DNA of 64,000 nucleotides, from assembly GCA_001800315.1 (NCBI GenBank), contig MGVE01000020.1:30641-94640 (forward strand). The letters run 5' to 3'. The notes under the pieces were generated by a model that was not told the DNA's origin, made no database searches, and saw nothing but the letters and a program-made list of their open reading frames with translations. The DNA comes from Elusimicrobia bacterium RIFOXYA2_FULL_47_53. Lineage in GTDB: Bacteria; Elusimicrobiota; Endomicrobiia; Endomicrobiales; XYA2-FULL-47-53. Below are positions 42,601 to 49,172 of this stretch, one piece after another (position 1 is the stretch's first letter; each line of letters opens with the position of its first letter). The position numbers and the translations under genes are program-made.

Positions 42601-44939
42601 GCCGGGTGCTGTTGTCATTCTGGGCTGATCAGAATGCGGAAACCCCGGATTATTTCAAAGAAAAGGCGAACAGCTATTCAGCTTTAAACGAGGCGGCGCT
42701 CAAGGAAAGGAAAGAAAAGAAAGATTCCAAAGACGCAAGCTTTACAAACATTGGCTTTAATACCGCTATTGAGTCGTTGAGGGGAGAAACTGAAATGCTG
42801 CTCGGCAACACAGCCAATATTGAGCCGTTGGCTAAAAACCTGCAGGACTCCGGTGTAAGCAGGATAGTGCTTATGGCCGGTTTAAATCTGTCGGGGATAA
42901 CGGATCTGGTTCCGGAAATAAAGCTCTTAGTTAAGGATTATAAGCTTGATCCGGCCGCGGCCGACAGGCTTATTAACGGGCTAAAGGACATGAATATTTC
43001 CGACAATGTAATAAACGCGGAGACGGCGGGCGGTTTCAGGAACGCAGCCGGAGGAGTAGCGAGAGAAGCCTTAAAATTGAAATTCAACGGCAGCGATTCC
43101 GCGCTAAAGGACAGCTTGAACGCGAATGGCCGCGGCTATTATGAGCTGCTTATGAATATCGCCATGGAGAACTGGCTGGCGCTTAACCCGGGCAAGGGCA
43201 GCGAAAACAGAGAAGCCGTTTTGAGTAAATATTCAAAGGAAATAATGTTTGAGGCGTATCTCGCGGGATTGTTTATCGGCCAGTTAAAGATAGCAGCGAA
43301 AAATTCCAGAGAAAAATACGGCATAGATGTTATGCTGGATCTGGGAAAAGTTGACGCGGCGTTTATGGTATCGGCGGTGGAGAAAGCCGGCGCCTTGCTT
43401 GAAAATGGAGTCGTCAGCGGCCTGCAGTTCAGCATTTCCGGCTACGCGAATAATGAGGAAAAGGAACTGTTCCTGAGCGCTCTCAAAAACAGAATAGACA
43501 ATGGTGTCAGAATGGGGCTGATTGACAGAAATGTCCCGATAATAATAAGAAGCGGCCGTGAAGATATTTCGCTTGTAAAAAAATACGGTTTTGAGGCCGG
43601 CGTTGATGTCAAAGCTAAAACCGCCGCTGAGCTTGACCCTGATCTGGTCAGTGACGGCGCGTCTTTGTATGTAAGGCCGGGAGCCGAAAAATCCTCCGTG
43701 GGTTTGCTGGAAAAAGTGCTCGGTCTTGGCGCCGCGGGCGTAATGATTGAGCTTGGCGGAGTTGACGCAAATGGCAATGTCATAAAACTTCCCATGAAAG
43801 TTGAAGCGAGCGGAATGCTTGCTTTCAATGACCTGTTAGGTTTGCTGGATAATATTCCGTTTGTTGAGGTAATGACTCCGGAAGCCAGGGAGTTCGCCGG
43901 GGAGCGTTCAGGTAAAATCGCCTATTCGGCTATTACCGCAAAGACGGCGCCTGAAGAAAAACAAAAGCTTTTAGAGGGGCTTTACGCGCGCAAGGCCGAA
44001 GGTTATACGGCGATGAGGGATATCCTTGGCCTGCTTGTTTCGGTTCCCGAGAGCAGTAATCCCTCGGAATTAGATGCCTTTAGCGGCATGGTGTCTTCAA
44101 AATTAAAATCATCCGGTTTGCCCGAGAGCGTAAAGAGCGCGGTAAATGACAGTCTTAGCGAGATCGGAAAAAAAGTTAAGTCGGCAAAGGACCTGAAAGC
44201 TAAACAAATTTACGCCTGGGAAATTGTCGGTTTTGTTTACGGTTTTGCCGGTTCCCTGCTTGTGGACACAAGCCCGTCAAGAATCAATAAGAGCGAAGTC
44301 CGGTTGCCTGAGGTCTCAAGGCTTATGGTAAGAGCTTCCGAAAGCCTTGAGTTTGACAAAGACGGAAGGGCCGGCATTTCAGGCGACAGGGTTGATGTGA
44401 AGATAGGCCAGCTGGCCGGAATTCTTGCGCTTGCCGGAGAAAAACAAAAGATTGCGATAATAAATTCAATAGCCTCCGAGATCGGCAAAGCCGGTGTCAA
44501 TAATGCCTCACTCTGGGTTGAGCTTGGCGAAATAATACAATTGATAGATAACGCAGCCATTGATAAGGAGCTTAAAAACAATGGTATTGAAAACAGAATA
44601 ATTGAAGCCAGAAGGATAGCTCAGCCCAACAGAGACAGCGCGGCGAACAAGCTGGTTAATGAAATTGAAAAACTTAGAAACTCGCTTATCAACGCTGACG
44701 CCTACGAGGCCAGAATGGACGGCCTCGCGAATATAGTTCTCCGGGATTACGCCGGCGCGCTTTCAACCTCCGCGGGTTTTGAAGATAAAAAAGCCCTGAG
44801 TGTCGCCCTTGAAATTACAATTAAAAGGCTTATGTTAAAAACATTTGAATTGTCGGCGGACGAATTAAAAAAATCTGTTGAAGAAGGAGCCTCGGAAGCT
44901 TTCAGGAGAAATCTGCGGGCGGTGTTGTCGGCCGCGTAA
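30615..44939 (+). CDS. Giant polytopic multidomain protein (4,774 aa): N-terminal anchor, GGDEF, HEAT-like repeats, NadD-like nucleotidyltransferase, HExxH module, orphan C-terminal region
   Basis: Uninterrupted 14,325-nt ORF. RBS ggagga 6 nt before the ATG. Terminator at 44968. Motifs read directly from the translation (see sub-features). Hydrophobic clusters at about 30636-30704, 33070-33195, 36258-36398, 36596-36712, 39230-39352, 39700-39770, 40545-40640, 40830-40900, 41190-41250 and 41760-41900. Confidence 0.85.
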   Translation: MFRENKFVKFIACTIVACFSYSFVLFEPLYGAVQEYRDGALARAMSSKMERFVLPYRYGRVMGGSYSGGERLVVFVQDLHCHPEVQRNISEIENLLDKRYGLEKIFVEGAPMGRVDTKVLDTMPARIKDKVLESLLDQGLLSGSEYYAVKNKQDKLYGLEEWGTYLGNYNRIKRLIESRDGRVKAAQDVAARIEAIKREHLSPELRKLERYIKKAEAPGADKSALAKTGKKSEEHYFELEKLGAKVNEDVSQYPNLKKFIDMARFGREINYKKLPTQMQEYVEELKKVVPFGVYRQLTKKLEEGNREEEYYFAMSEIAAQYAPLLNTRYPEVNKFLAYIRLNYSINPIYLVNEEKGFGERILDKTAKRLVDKELIFLSRMSEAFAGMADLKVTPEEYGYFKENVGRYRALLQKYISRDELSDAMAVMGDEDLYKYFEVNIGRNDIFSSVIIDKEQGSGGAAATLGYEAVLSNINKFSKIDVVVTGGFHSEVVKALDKAGISYVAVTPNATKMFDEGVYERLMVGRLEAKDIMRASLAPALISAGATPQQANALVTMLAGLTFSENSSKNRAEIDRGINELVEWFESANLQAKTTLEIDRSKNAVTIGIGLDKWLVSADPGNGKKIKMVRKTPEFKNKIGELLYKVDVSRNGRTIGFDASAQSTAEDDVPLDPRKKVFAKTSAVEDKFYNEFSKMSELEIQDYLRNKMDSSSGDPLAAVTTQIEKVMDTDTNNKFALLEAFFRVLEANDGYLIGHYLGNIKANIEQMTDGPIVTRLYSLQDQEKIMEDLFKQRAFARRIFEIWETSLASQGRVKTDSSQSGFADPLLLMGLAGAALLFGALGFVGLGIISSALLHDIYYFYMQNGSLNGYGFAGLPRRVAKRFTVLLALARGKPEIISGEKVPGINAALLSLKLSPEKFNEMVRGKLVAGITALGQMKDRSHGIYVRMPVETAMGVLSDEDGFAAIREKFSNLKNPYIGVAECGGVSEMNYGYHNAIPDLLIPLQVAIVNEFLKPLGGMAVRSSGTRIYFVCPGNIRPEKMEAVRNGLREILARSIDDLLAYDEVTFDEAVVDPKNSEQVKAAVAGVSSVLAGQDKIAGVFQSRDGVFLLYEQKYRGDVLNALNLNKNGGAALRLVNKSGGSSNTGSIRNMVTDFTVVKAQGTDSLETAIVKAEIIQQSLPSGIVLPEGSRNEFTVDRDAVSNLDRIETEAVSRRIAANEGNDYIKRLVNNDGSGWFENGLVSGSRLNDVLASFLKYENPPQFFKAQMKFRITDNSIVGTKQSRAGWDDVKCTDYGYDKETDTFNYRIFRRLYGAFVSQKIIRALTSAIDSEVLKIKRNEVPLVSGTEYFSFIPTQEGFGGLTEKQFSVIADKSTNAIRNLLSGEIGLSGIEPEISMHVINAGDAGRFQLADVANRLSEAGESDDLFDEVKSPSGNIIRLFNVSKAGALMRNTERIRLVKRYLGRVAQLHRHMYLVRNKLRSSRESTERLQLNNELKDLELEEKDLKLELTGKINSRLEEEKASLKSEGIKDAMTGNLVEGKITYSKAHFENIVLRDAIGNAKRNNKNIFFSMFDGDNFKSINDKYGHEAGDIVIKAFAIVARKVLRSTDQLARFGGDEFAAIVESGDHDFDSSDAENRLTAAERLRKAFSDSDSVMLYAEIEKMDRALADKMRADKRTFSISVGVVRYDPQDKSLANMGVKEIASILKKRADVALYYAKEGKYVKDGEMHPSANGGRNNSLVWDPVMGDKTPEEKRREERGLLINEISKILPEGLVADVVSGVPEEVTRIQQKMSRYNFGVFYSGGKIWISSEADEKIVLGSAQLAKNTDKSLGFLKDKNDLNELLRDNIELYYITNTDILLISEKEPDEKSVFDSISGDEGLIGIGLLAEMSLVVIGIGLFLAGNPITAGFVGFAAAGLFVLEFVVSRGKKSAPARSSALSPEALRQRAVERAVLASGEKLPRARILGLVGDLASRTPSKKQAGVLGNEKGNTVLYLTGLTLTGVAIAIIAAGNYFTGGALAAVTLGAFAIFKGRNFLVARSENSANAKLLDQGINELAAEIKNSNPAVSLAAKKAVAGIFAARALKENIDIQQLADMLGDEAELGPVYAAMVNSGQMKIEDLKALPKNEKWQVRRAAVAALGIYYSDKDPRKVKFAVGEISDMLIDKNKEVRDSAGESFAALLATLVRNGRMETSALIATSREISGLSIIVSASMASDDTSGFKNAIADMKNYKEAVRKNSGLDSLLLGSGFESMNDDLAAVAFRAYGMHRALSLALAQLYAEQEAGGADINVGVAEKIVRDNGFNAANPVGLDALYAAMVARGRMTIDDLMAMRNSGKQLLIRDAGKALITVFADKASRGEISFNRETGEIGVPETLDKASLGPVYAAMALRGDISTEYLRELAQNSKTRAVALEALGVVYMDLASRVEKPGIIDRAISSQRTPGSFLSGFFTRRGITRGSPEVVSLTNGQKAELWRAKVWGNIEANLSQEDSEFQRTVRDNLKHAIDQIAENMANGEANPELVNLKVNEYDTIKPSVKGDRRVGAFALAGNPLHWGQLVTALEAMAQKKLDKVVFILQGPGDPDKPEMDVTLKERAEMGRELLKIFEGICEVSEVSYATQGRGEKTVFDLSEWNQGAVEGKGSLTFAYLVGSDHQHYWAPKVIEANKNNPEFFNQKIEDLIKADIADNPDAQKRGDGKRFNELDTIGKFDYNLTQYAQDLKKRGHAMEVHFNVRPGFESEYMDQEKTRIEEVGSKFQFASFVGQRFEASSTAIRNWITGKASPEAEIILPKTIKRMIESEAYKQYRAVLFMLAYIKDKGKANPELKKVPLVEMAHRKMMLDSIGKEITPENLLAAETTSKVINNQKGYISLKFSVGILSATIGVLIGLLLGVQYGAITFLISYLTILSFRKALDMSIKVLFNKKYDKNPADNYNEISDEERALIVELNWLKDRIARVEPIIKRVEIEEGDFEPIWWTHLEIKKVVEESNPEYWSLRNEITRVEQLLNSEREKRKQNIKAGATSTLKSIFLAAALSATMLVVGFTNAQAGQNMASGMPMPVTASSVQLETRSAVSAIADAYRQSEELPAPIIGMQTSKIREELSSLLENCRNDVIKTKISSDGKFSERRVTGRIKNVNAVVEKLYEEMRVSGHLDTYMLQMDPEIAKALVLYSIADPVDYQAWKNQNITIEMKANLGGMASTGGDEFGGFYGNPSVFIRKDNNINPFMLFTMMLHEFSHVEESAANFIEFNWKYNLYQAALDFVSDVRPEEKRAFTRMYDKLKTQFGIEVTNADDAQMNAQRSMLYNKWPFVLIGIFNSISFQLLPMFLLFKAASFIFRGGKKNSGKNINQARRLQGSPRARVTTPEPEYEAAVKQVEREISENGSVTKLPATKSSKQTLRKMMLSIVFSAALSVTVFMAGFASAQTRLWNNIPVGDFAGVDASLDKEIAYYLDTIAAQYEENDLNQVQRIKTGNILPGDFEALNKKLNEETANYLKVKAAEYERNIVEPKVVESETWDSATIIGNSIAAIIFAILTHRFFLRLYWASVRTYYSIYYWNYDRKIINGLEKPKLGKKYTFEAWGYTPGLLLLFSQMIERAPDLAVPTGRFRVWQETIVTFEEFAKNNGGLVLLRGHGGWRDFSGEYTLIFGNRTHLKFTVENEHNVRVKCTVYLHKDLHNKTLNDFGTDLRRKFNLANSGYSRKWWRGRYFDPLIIVALSSILSVPGLAYASANASDTKVFTIAGLLAVSVGAVAELASRIKSKKLETVVDNSKPEPQPTDPLDAAQKMVQNAVSPKDAAGLITNSIAGDKSWVAKNIPQIAGKNNILVYMPENMSNAQTLAAERSKLGIQTISIGLLTGQVKNDVPLDFLGLFPIRIKDGYMSVQVYFFKSQSGLELYVAPADKAYAHSGVAVGNMAMAIVNELNDNKAATIQSKAMLSSALVAIVNELKDGYLKDRFKGLGFGGEAWQIELDSDKEMLATLDSLIVDSSMRRRVLLSFWADQNAETPDYFKEKANSYSALNEAALKERKEKKDSKDASFTNIGFNTAIESLRGETEMLLGNTANIEPLAKNLQDSGVSRIVLMAGLNLSGITDLVPEIKLLVKDYKLDPAAADRLINGLKDMNISDNVINAETAGGFRNAAGGVAREALKLKFNGSDSALKDSLNANGRGYYELLMNIAMENWLALNPGKGSENREAVLSKYSKEIMFEAYLAGLFIGQLKIAAKNSREKYGIDVMLDLGKVDAAFMVSAVEKAGALLENGVVSGLQFSISGYANNEEKELFLSALKNRIDNGVRMGLIDRNVPIIIRSGREDISLVKKYGFEAGVDVKAKTAAELDPDLVSDGASLYVRPGAEKSSVGLLEKVLGLGAAGVMIELGGVDANGNVIKLPMKVEASGMLAFNDLLGLLDNIPFVEVMTPEAREFAGERSGKIAYSAITAKTAPEEKQKLLEGLYARKAEGYTAMRDILGLLVSVPESSNPSELDAFSGMVSSKLKSSGLPESVKSAVNDSLSEIGKKVKSAKDLKAKQIYAWEIVGFVYGFAGSLLVDTSPSRINKSEVRLPEVSRLMVRASESLEFDKDGRAGISGDRVDVKIGQLAGILALAGEKQKIAIINSIASEIGKAGVNNASLWVELGEIIQLIDNAAIDKELKNNGIENRIIEARRIAQPNRDSAANKLVNEIEKLRNSLINADAYEARMDGLANIVLRDYAGALSTSAGFEDKKALSVALEITIKRLMLKTFELSADELKKSVEEGASEAFRRNLRAVLSAA
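30800..32150 (+). other. N-terminal domain of giant ORF, possibly TraB/ChaN (Tiki-superfamily)-like
   Basis: LVVFVQDLHCHPEVQRNISEIENLL, then KIFVEGAP, then much later DVVVTGGFHSEVV. This recalls the GxxH...E...GxxH arrangement of TraB/ChaN proteins. By-eye resemblance only. Confidence 0.25.
35200..35800 (+). other. Canonical GGDEF (diguanylate cyclase) domain within giant ORF
   Basis: FFSMFDGDNFKSINDKYGHEAGDIVIKAF...VLRSTDQLARFGGDEFAAIV...SISVGVV...ADVALYYAKEGK. GGDEF codons at 35457-35471. RxxD (RSTD) lies exactly 5 residues upstream, giving an intact I-site. Confidence 0.85.
38240..38960 (+). other. NadD/cytidylyltransferase-like nucleotidyltransferase module within giant ORF
   Basis: RRVGAFALAGNPLHWGQL (position of the GxFxPxHxGH motif, but H-W-G-Q) ... 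YLVGSD ... FEASSTAIRNWI (ISSTxIR-type motif intact). Confidence 0.55.
40326..40340 (+). other. HExxH motif (putative zinc-metallopeptidase-like module) within giant ORF
   Basis: FMLFTMMLHEFSHVEESAANF. The codons cac gag ttc tca cat are in frame (aa 3238-3242), downstream of a signal-peptide-like segment. Confidence 0.35.
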
Positions 44940-44967
44940 GCGCGACAGAGTTTTAGTTGCTTCAAAA

Positions 44968-45008
44968 CAAACCCGCATTGTATAAGGCTTTGCGGGTTTG
45001 TTTTTTTT
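44968..45008 (+). terminator. Rho-independent terminator after giant ORF
   Basis: caaacccgca (44968-44977) / tgcgggtttg (44991-45000) followed by T8 (45001-45008). Confidence 0.85.
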
Positions 45009-45111
45009 GCCCTTGCGCCGGCCGTAAATATTTTGATTTTTCCGCGCTTATTTGCTAAAATCCTTTTGAAATCCCGCTTATTTTTAAATCATTTCTTTGT
45101 GAGGTGAGAAA

Positions 45112-47613
45112 ATGCAAGCCGTAATCATGGCAGGAGGTTTCGGTACCCGCCTTAGGCCGCTCAGCTGCAACATTCCAAAACCAATGGTTCCCATGGCAAA
45201 CAGGCCGATGCTCGCTCACATCATTGACCTTCTCAAAAAGCACGGTTTCAACGACATGACCATGATGCTATATTTCCAGCCCGAGGTTATTACGAACTAT
45301 TTCGGCGACGGGGATAATTTCGGCGTAAAGCTCCGCTATCATAAGCCTGAATCGGACCTTGGAACCGCCGGGAGCGTGAAATACGCGCAGAAGCATTTAA
45401 CCAATACTTTTGTAGTTATATCCGGCGATGTGCTAACCGACCTTGACCTCACCAAGGCCATAGAATACCACAAAAAGAAAAAAGCCATCGCGACGATGAT
45501 TCTTACCCGAGTTGCCAACCCGCTTCAGTACGGCGTAGTCATAACCGAGCCGGACGGAAAAATTGAAAGGTTTCTGGAAAAACCCTCCTGGGGCGAAGTG
45601 TTTTCTGACACAATCAACACCGGAATATATATTCTTGAGCCCGAGGTGCTTGACTACATCCCGCCGGACAAAGATTTTGATTTCTCCAAAGACCTCTATC
45701 CCCTTCTTTTAAAAGAAGGCAAGGGGCTTTACGGCTATATCGCCGAAGGCTACTGGAAAGATGTCGGCAACCTTGACGAATACCGCGTGGCCCACTACGA
45801 TATATTAGACGGCAAGATCAGCGTTAACACCACGGGCCGAAAAATAAAATTCAAGGATAACGAGATAACCGTGGGCGAAGGCACCGCCCTGGAAGATGAT
45901 GTTGATATCTACGGCGATGTTATTATCGGAAGCAACTGCGTCATAGAAAAGGGCGCCAAAATAGGGCACAGCGTTATCGGTTCCGGGGTCAGAATCCGCG
46001 CCGGCGCGCAGGTCGTCGGCTCGGTGCTGTGGGATAATGTGGACCTGGGCCGCGAGGCTCGCCTTAAAGAAACAGTCATAGCCAACGGAACACGCATAGG
46101 CGACAAAAGCGTTGTGCAGGTCGGCACCGTTATAGCGGAGCAATGCAATATAGGGGCTGACGCGGTCATTAGAGCAAACCTTAAAATATGGCCTCATAAA
46201 TCCATTGAAGAGGGCGCTATTCTTTCCACGAGCCTTGTCTGGGGCGAGAAATGGAACAAAGCCCTTTTCGGAGCGTACGGCATTACCGGGCTTGGCAATG
46301 TGGAGATAACTCCCGAATTCGCGACGAAAGTCGGCGCGGCGTACGGCGCGTATCTCGGCAAAGGCGCCTATGTAATTACCTCAAGAGACGCGCATCTCGC
46401 CAACAGGATGATAAAGCGCACCATGATATCCGGGCTTCTTTCGGCGGGTGTTAAGGTAGGCGACCTGCAGACCATGCCGATACCAATAGTGCGCTACGCG
46501 ACCGGCAAGGAAGGCGAGGCCGGCGGTATTCATGTCCGCATGTCGCCCTACGATCCGCGCCTTATAGACATAAAATTTTTCAACGCTTCCGGCAGCGATA
46601 TAACCGTTCAGCAGGAAAAGGCCATTGAACAGCTTTTTCTCAGAGAAGATTTCAAGAGGGCCAACCTCAACGAGATAGGCGATATAACGGTCCCTTCCAG
46701 GGCCCAGGAATATTACAAGACCGGGTACCTTAAGGCCATCAACGCCGACCTGATCCGTTCTTCGGATTTTAAAGTCGTGCTTGACTACGCCTACTCCTCG
46801 GCCTCCATGGTCTTCCCCGCGATTATCGGAAATCTCGGCATGGAAATCGTCGCTTTAAACGCCTTCATCAACCCGAATAAAATAACGAAGACCGAAAAAG
46901 AGTTTACCCACTCGCTGGAGCAGCTTTCGGATATTGTCACCACGCTTAAAGGCGATATCGGCTTTCTTATAGATACCGGAGCGGAAAAGGTGTTTCTTGT
47001 GGACGAGCGCGGCAGGATAATACCCGACGATATGGCTCTTGTGCTGGTGGCGGACCTCGTTATGAAGACCTGCCAGAAAGGAACCATAGCCGTCCCCATA
47101 CACACCTCTTCGGTGATAGACGAGATCGCGAAAAAATACAAAAATATAAAAATAAAAAGGACGGCCACAAATTCCAGGCAGATTATGTCGGCCGCCAAAG
47201 AAAAAGATATTGTTTTTGTGGGAGACGGTTACGGCGGTTTCATCTTCCCGGAGTTTCAGCCCACTTTTGACGCCATGTACGCCATTGGCAAGATACTTGA
47301 GATGATGGCAAAGGAAAAGATACATCTTAACCGGCTTTCGCGCGATATACCCTCCTTTGAAGTTCTGCACAAGAAGCTCCCGTGCCCGTGGGATAAAAAG
47401 GGGCAGGCGATGCGCCGGGCCATAGAAGAGGCCAAGGGCAAAAAATCCGAACTTGTTGACGGAGTAAAGATTTTCTCCGACCATGGCTGGGTTTTGCTTC
47501 TGCCGGACGCCGATGAGGCCTATTTCCATGTCTGGGCGGAATCCGAAGACGAGAAAACAGCCAAAGAACTGATTAAGGAATATTCGGATAAAGTAAAGAA
47601 GTGGCAGGAGTGA
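45112..47613 (+). CDS. Sugar-phosphate nucleotidyltransferase (NTP-transferase plus LbH) fused to a PGM/PMM-like domain
   Basis: MAGGFGTRLRPLS..IPKPMVP, hexapeptide-repeat region (about 45850-46200), C-terminal four-domain PGM-like region. The PGM catalytic motifs look degenerate (RMSPYDP for TASHNP; DTGAEK for DGDADR). Confidence 0.8.
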   Translation: MQAVIMAGGFGTRLRPLSCNIPKPMVPMANRPMLAHIIDLLKKHGFNDMTMMLYFQPEVITNYFGDGDNFGVKLRYHKPESDLGTAGSVKYAQKHLTNTFVVISGDVLTDLDLTKAIEYHKKKKAIATMILTRVANPLQYGVVITEPDGKIERFLEKPSWGEVFSDTINTGIYILEPEVLDYIPPDKDFDFSKDLYPLLLKEGKGLYGYIAEGYWKDVGNLDEYRVAHYDILDGKISVNTTGRKIKFKDNEITVGEGTALEDDVDIYGDVIIGSNCVIEKGAKIGHSVIGSGVRIRAGAQVVGSVLWDNVDLGREARLKETVIANGTRIGDKSVVQVGTVIAEQCNIGADAVIRANLKIWPHKSIEEGAILSTSLVWGEKWNKALFGAYGITGLGNVEITPEFATKVGAAYGAYLGKGAYVITSRDAHLANRMIKRTMISGLLSAGVKVGDLQTMPIPIVRYATGKEGEAGGIHVRMSPYDPRLIDIKFFNASGSDITVQQEKAIEQLFLREDFKRANLNEIGDITVPSRAQEYYKTGYLKAINADLIRSSDFKVVLDYAYSSASMVFPAIIGNLGMEIVALNAFINPNKITKTEKEFTHSLEQLSDIVTTLKGDIGFLIDTGAEKVFLVDERGRIIPDDMALVLVADLVMKTCQKGTIAVPIHTSSVIDEIAKKYKNIKIKRTATNSRQIMSAAKEKDIVFVGDGYGGFIFPEFQPTFDAMYAIGKILEMMAKEKIHLNRLSRDIPSFEVLHKKLPCPWDKKGQAMRRAIEEAKGKKSELVDGVKIFSDHGWVLLLPDADEAYFHVWAESEDEKTAKELIKEYSDKVKKWQE

Positions 47614-47704
47614 GCGCGGAAAACCGAAATCTCATAACGCAGTTTTAGTCTGACCGTGCTGTACGGATAGACGCGTAATAATCCGAATATATGGAGTTAA
47701 GAGT

Positions 47705-49129
47705 ATGATTAAATTTGGGACATCAGGCTGGAGAGGAATAATAGCAGACGAGTTTACCTTTGACAATGTGCGCCTGGTAAGCCAGGCCATAGCGGACTAT
47801 GTAAAATCGCAGAAAATGTCGTCCGCCGGCGTTGTTGTGGGCTACGATACAAGGTTTTTGTCCGAGGATTTTGCCCGTGCTACCGTTGAGGTGCTTGCCG
47901 GCAACGGCATAAAAGCCTTCCTTTGCAAAAGAGACACCCCGACCCCCGTCATAGCGTTTGAAATTATAAGAAGAAAGGCCGGAGGCGGCGTGAACTTTAC
48001 CGCGAGTCATAATCCTCCCCAGTATAACGGCATAAAATTTTCGCCGGCCTGGGGCGGCCCCGCTTTGCCGGAGACGACAAGGGCCATTGAAGCCAGCTGC
48101 GGCGGCATGGATATATCGCAGGTCAAGCGCCTCAACCTTGGAACAGCCGTCAAAGACGGCCTGGTTGATTACATTGACCCCAGGGCGCTTTATTTCAAGC
48201 GCATTAAAGAGCTTGTTGATTTTAAGGCCATAAAAAAAGCAAACCTTAAGATAGCGACCGACGACCTTTACGGCACGGCCATTGGTTATTTGGACGAAAT
48301 GCTGGATATGGCCGGCGTGAGGCAGAAAGTAATAAATAATAAAAGGGATGTTTTGTTCGGAGGGCACGCTCCCGAGCCGTCCATAGACAACCTGAAAGAT
48401 TTAAAAGCTATCGTGAGAAAAGAATCCTGCCACCTCGGCCTTTCGGCTGACGGAGATGCCGACCGTTTCGGCATAATTGATTCTGACGGCGCCTTTATAA
48501 ATCCGAACCAGGTTGTTTCGCTTCTGTTTTACCACCTCGTTAAGAGCCGCGGCTGGAACGGCGTTGTGGCAAGAAGCGTTATGACGACACATCTTATTGA
48601 CCGCCTCGCCGAAAAATTCGGGGTTAAACTTTACGAAACCCCCGTCGGATTTAAGTACATCGGCGAAGTGATGATGAAAGAGTGGGATAAATTTATCATA
48701 GGCGGGGAGGAATCAGGCGGCCTGACCATTCGCGGGCATGTTCCCGAGAAGGACGGCATTCTCGCCTGCCTGCTGGTAGCAGAAATGGTCGCTGTAATGA
48801 AAAAGCCCGTCAAAAAAATTCTGCAGGACATTGAAAAACTGGTCGGCCCGGTTTATTCCGAACGCCTGAATTTCCACTTAAGCCTCACGGAGATGGCCGC
48901 GTTCCGCGAGAGGCTCGCGGAACGCGGCCTGCCTTCGGAAATAGGCGGCCAAAAGATTGAAAAAACCGTGACTCTTGACGGGTACAAGTTTATTCTTGCC
49001 GACGGCTCATGGTTCGGAGTAAGGCTTTCCGGCACGGAGCCGGTTGTAAGGGTTTATCTTGAAACCGACTCCGCCGCGAAAATGAAAAAACTGGAATCTG
49101 CCGGAATGAAGTTTGTAAAAGGCAGGTAA
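47705..49129 (+). CDS. Phosphoglucomutase/phosphomannomutase
   Basis: FGTSGWRG, phosphoserine loop FTASHNPPQYNGIKF, metal loop SADGDADRFGIID, GGEESGG, RLSGTEPVVRVY. Confidence 0.85.
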   Translation: MIKFGTSGWRGIIADEFTFDNVRLVSQAIADYVKSQKMSSAGVVVGYDTRFLSEDFARATVEVLAGNGIKAFLCKRDTPTPVIAFEIIRRKAGGGVNFTASHNPPQYNGIKFSPAWGGPALPETTRAIEASCGGMDISQVKRLNLGTAVKDGLVDYIDPRALYFKRIKELVDFKAIKKANLKIATDDLYGTAIGYLDEMLDMAGVRQKVINNKRDVLFGGHAPEPSIDNLKDLKAIVRKESCHLGLSADGDADRFGIIDSDGAFINPNQVVSLLFYHLVKSRGWNGVVARSVMTTHLIDRLAEKFGVKLYETPVGFKYIGEVMMKEWDKFIIGGEESGGLTIRGHVPEKDGILACLLVAEMVAVMKKPVKKILQDIEKLVGPVYSERLNFHLSLTEMAAFRERLAERGLPSEIGGQKIEKTVTLDGYKFILADGSWFGVRLSGTEPVVRVYLETDSAAKMKKLESAGMKFVKGR

Positions 49130-49172
49130 TACCGCCCGCGGCCGATAGCTGTCAGCTGTTAACTGGTTAATT

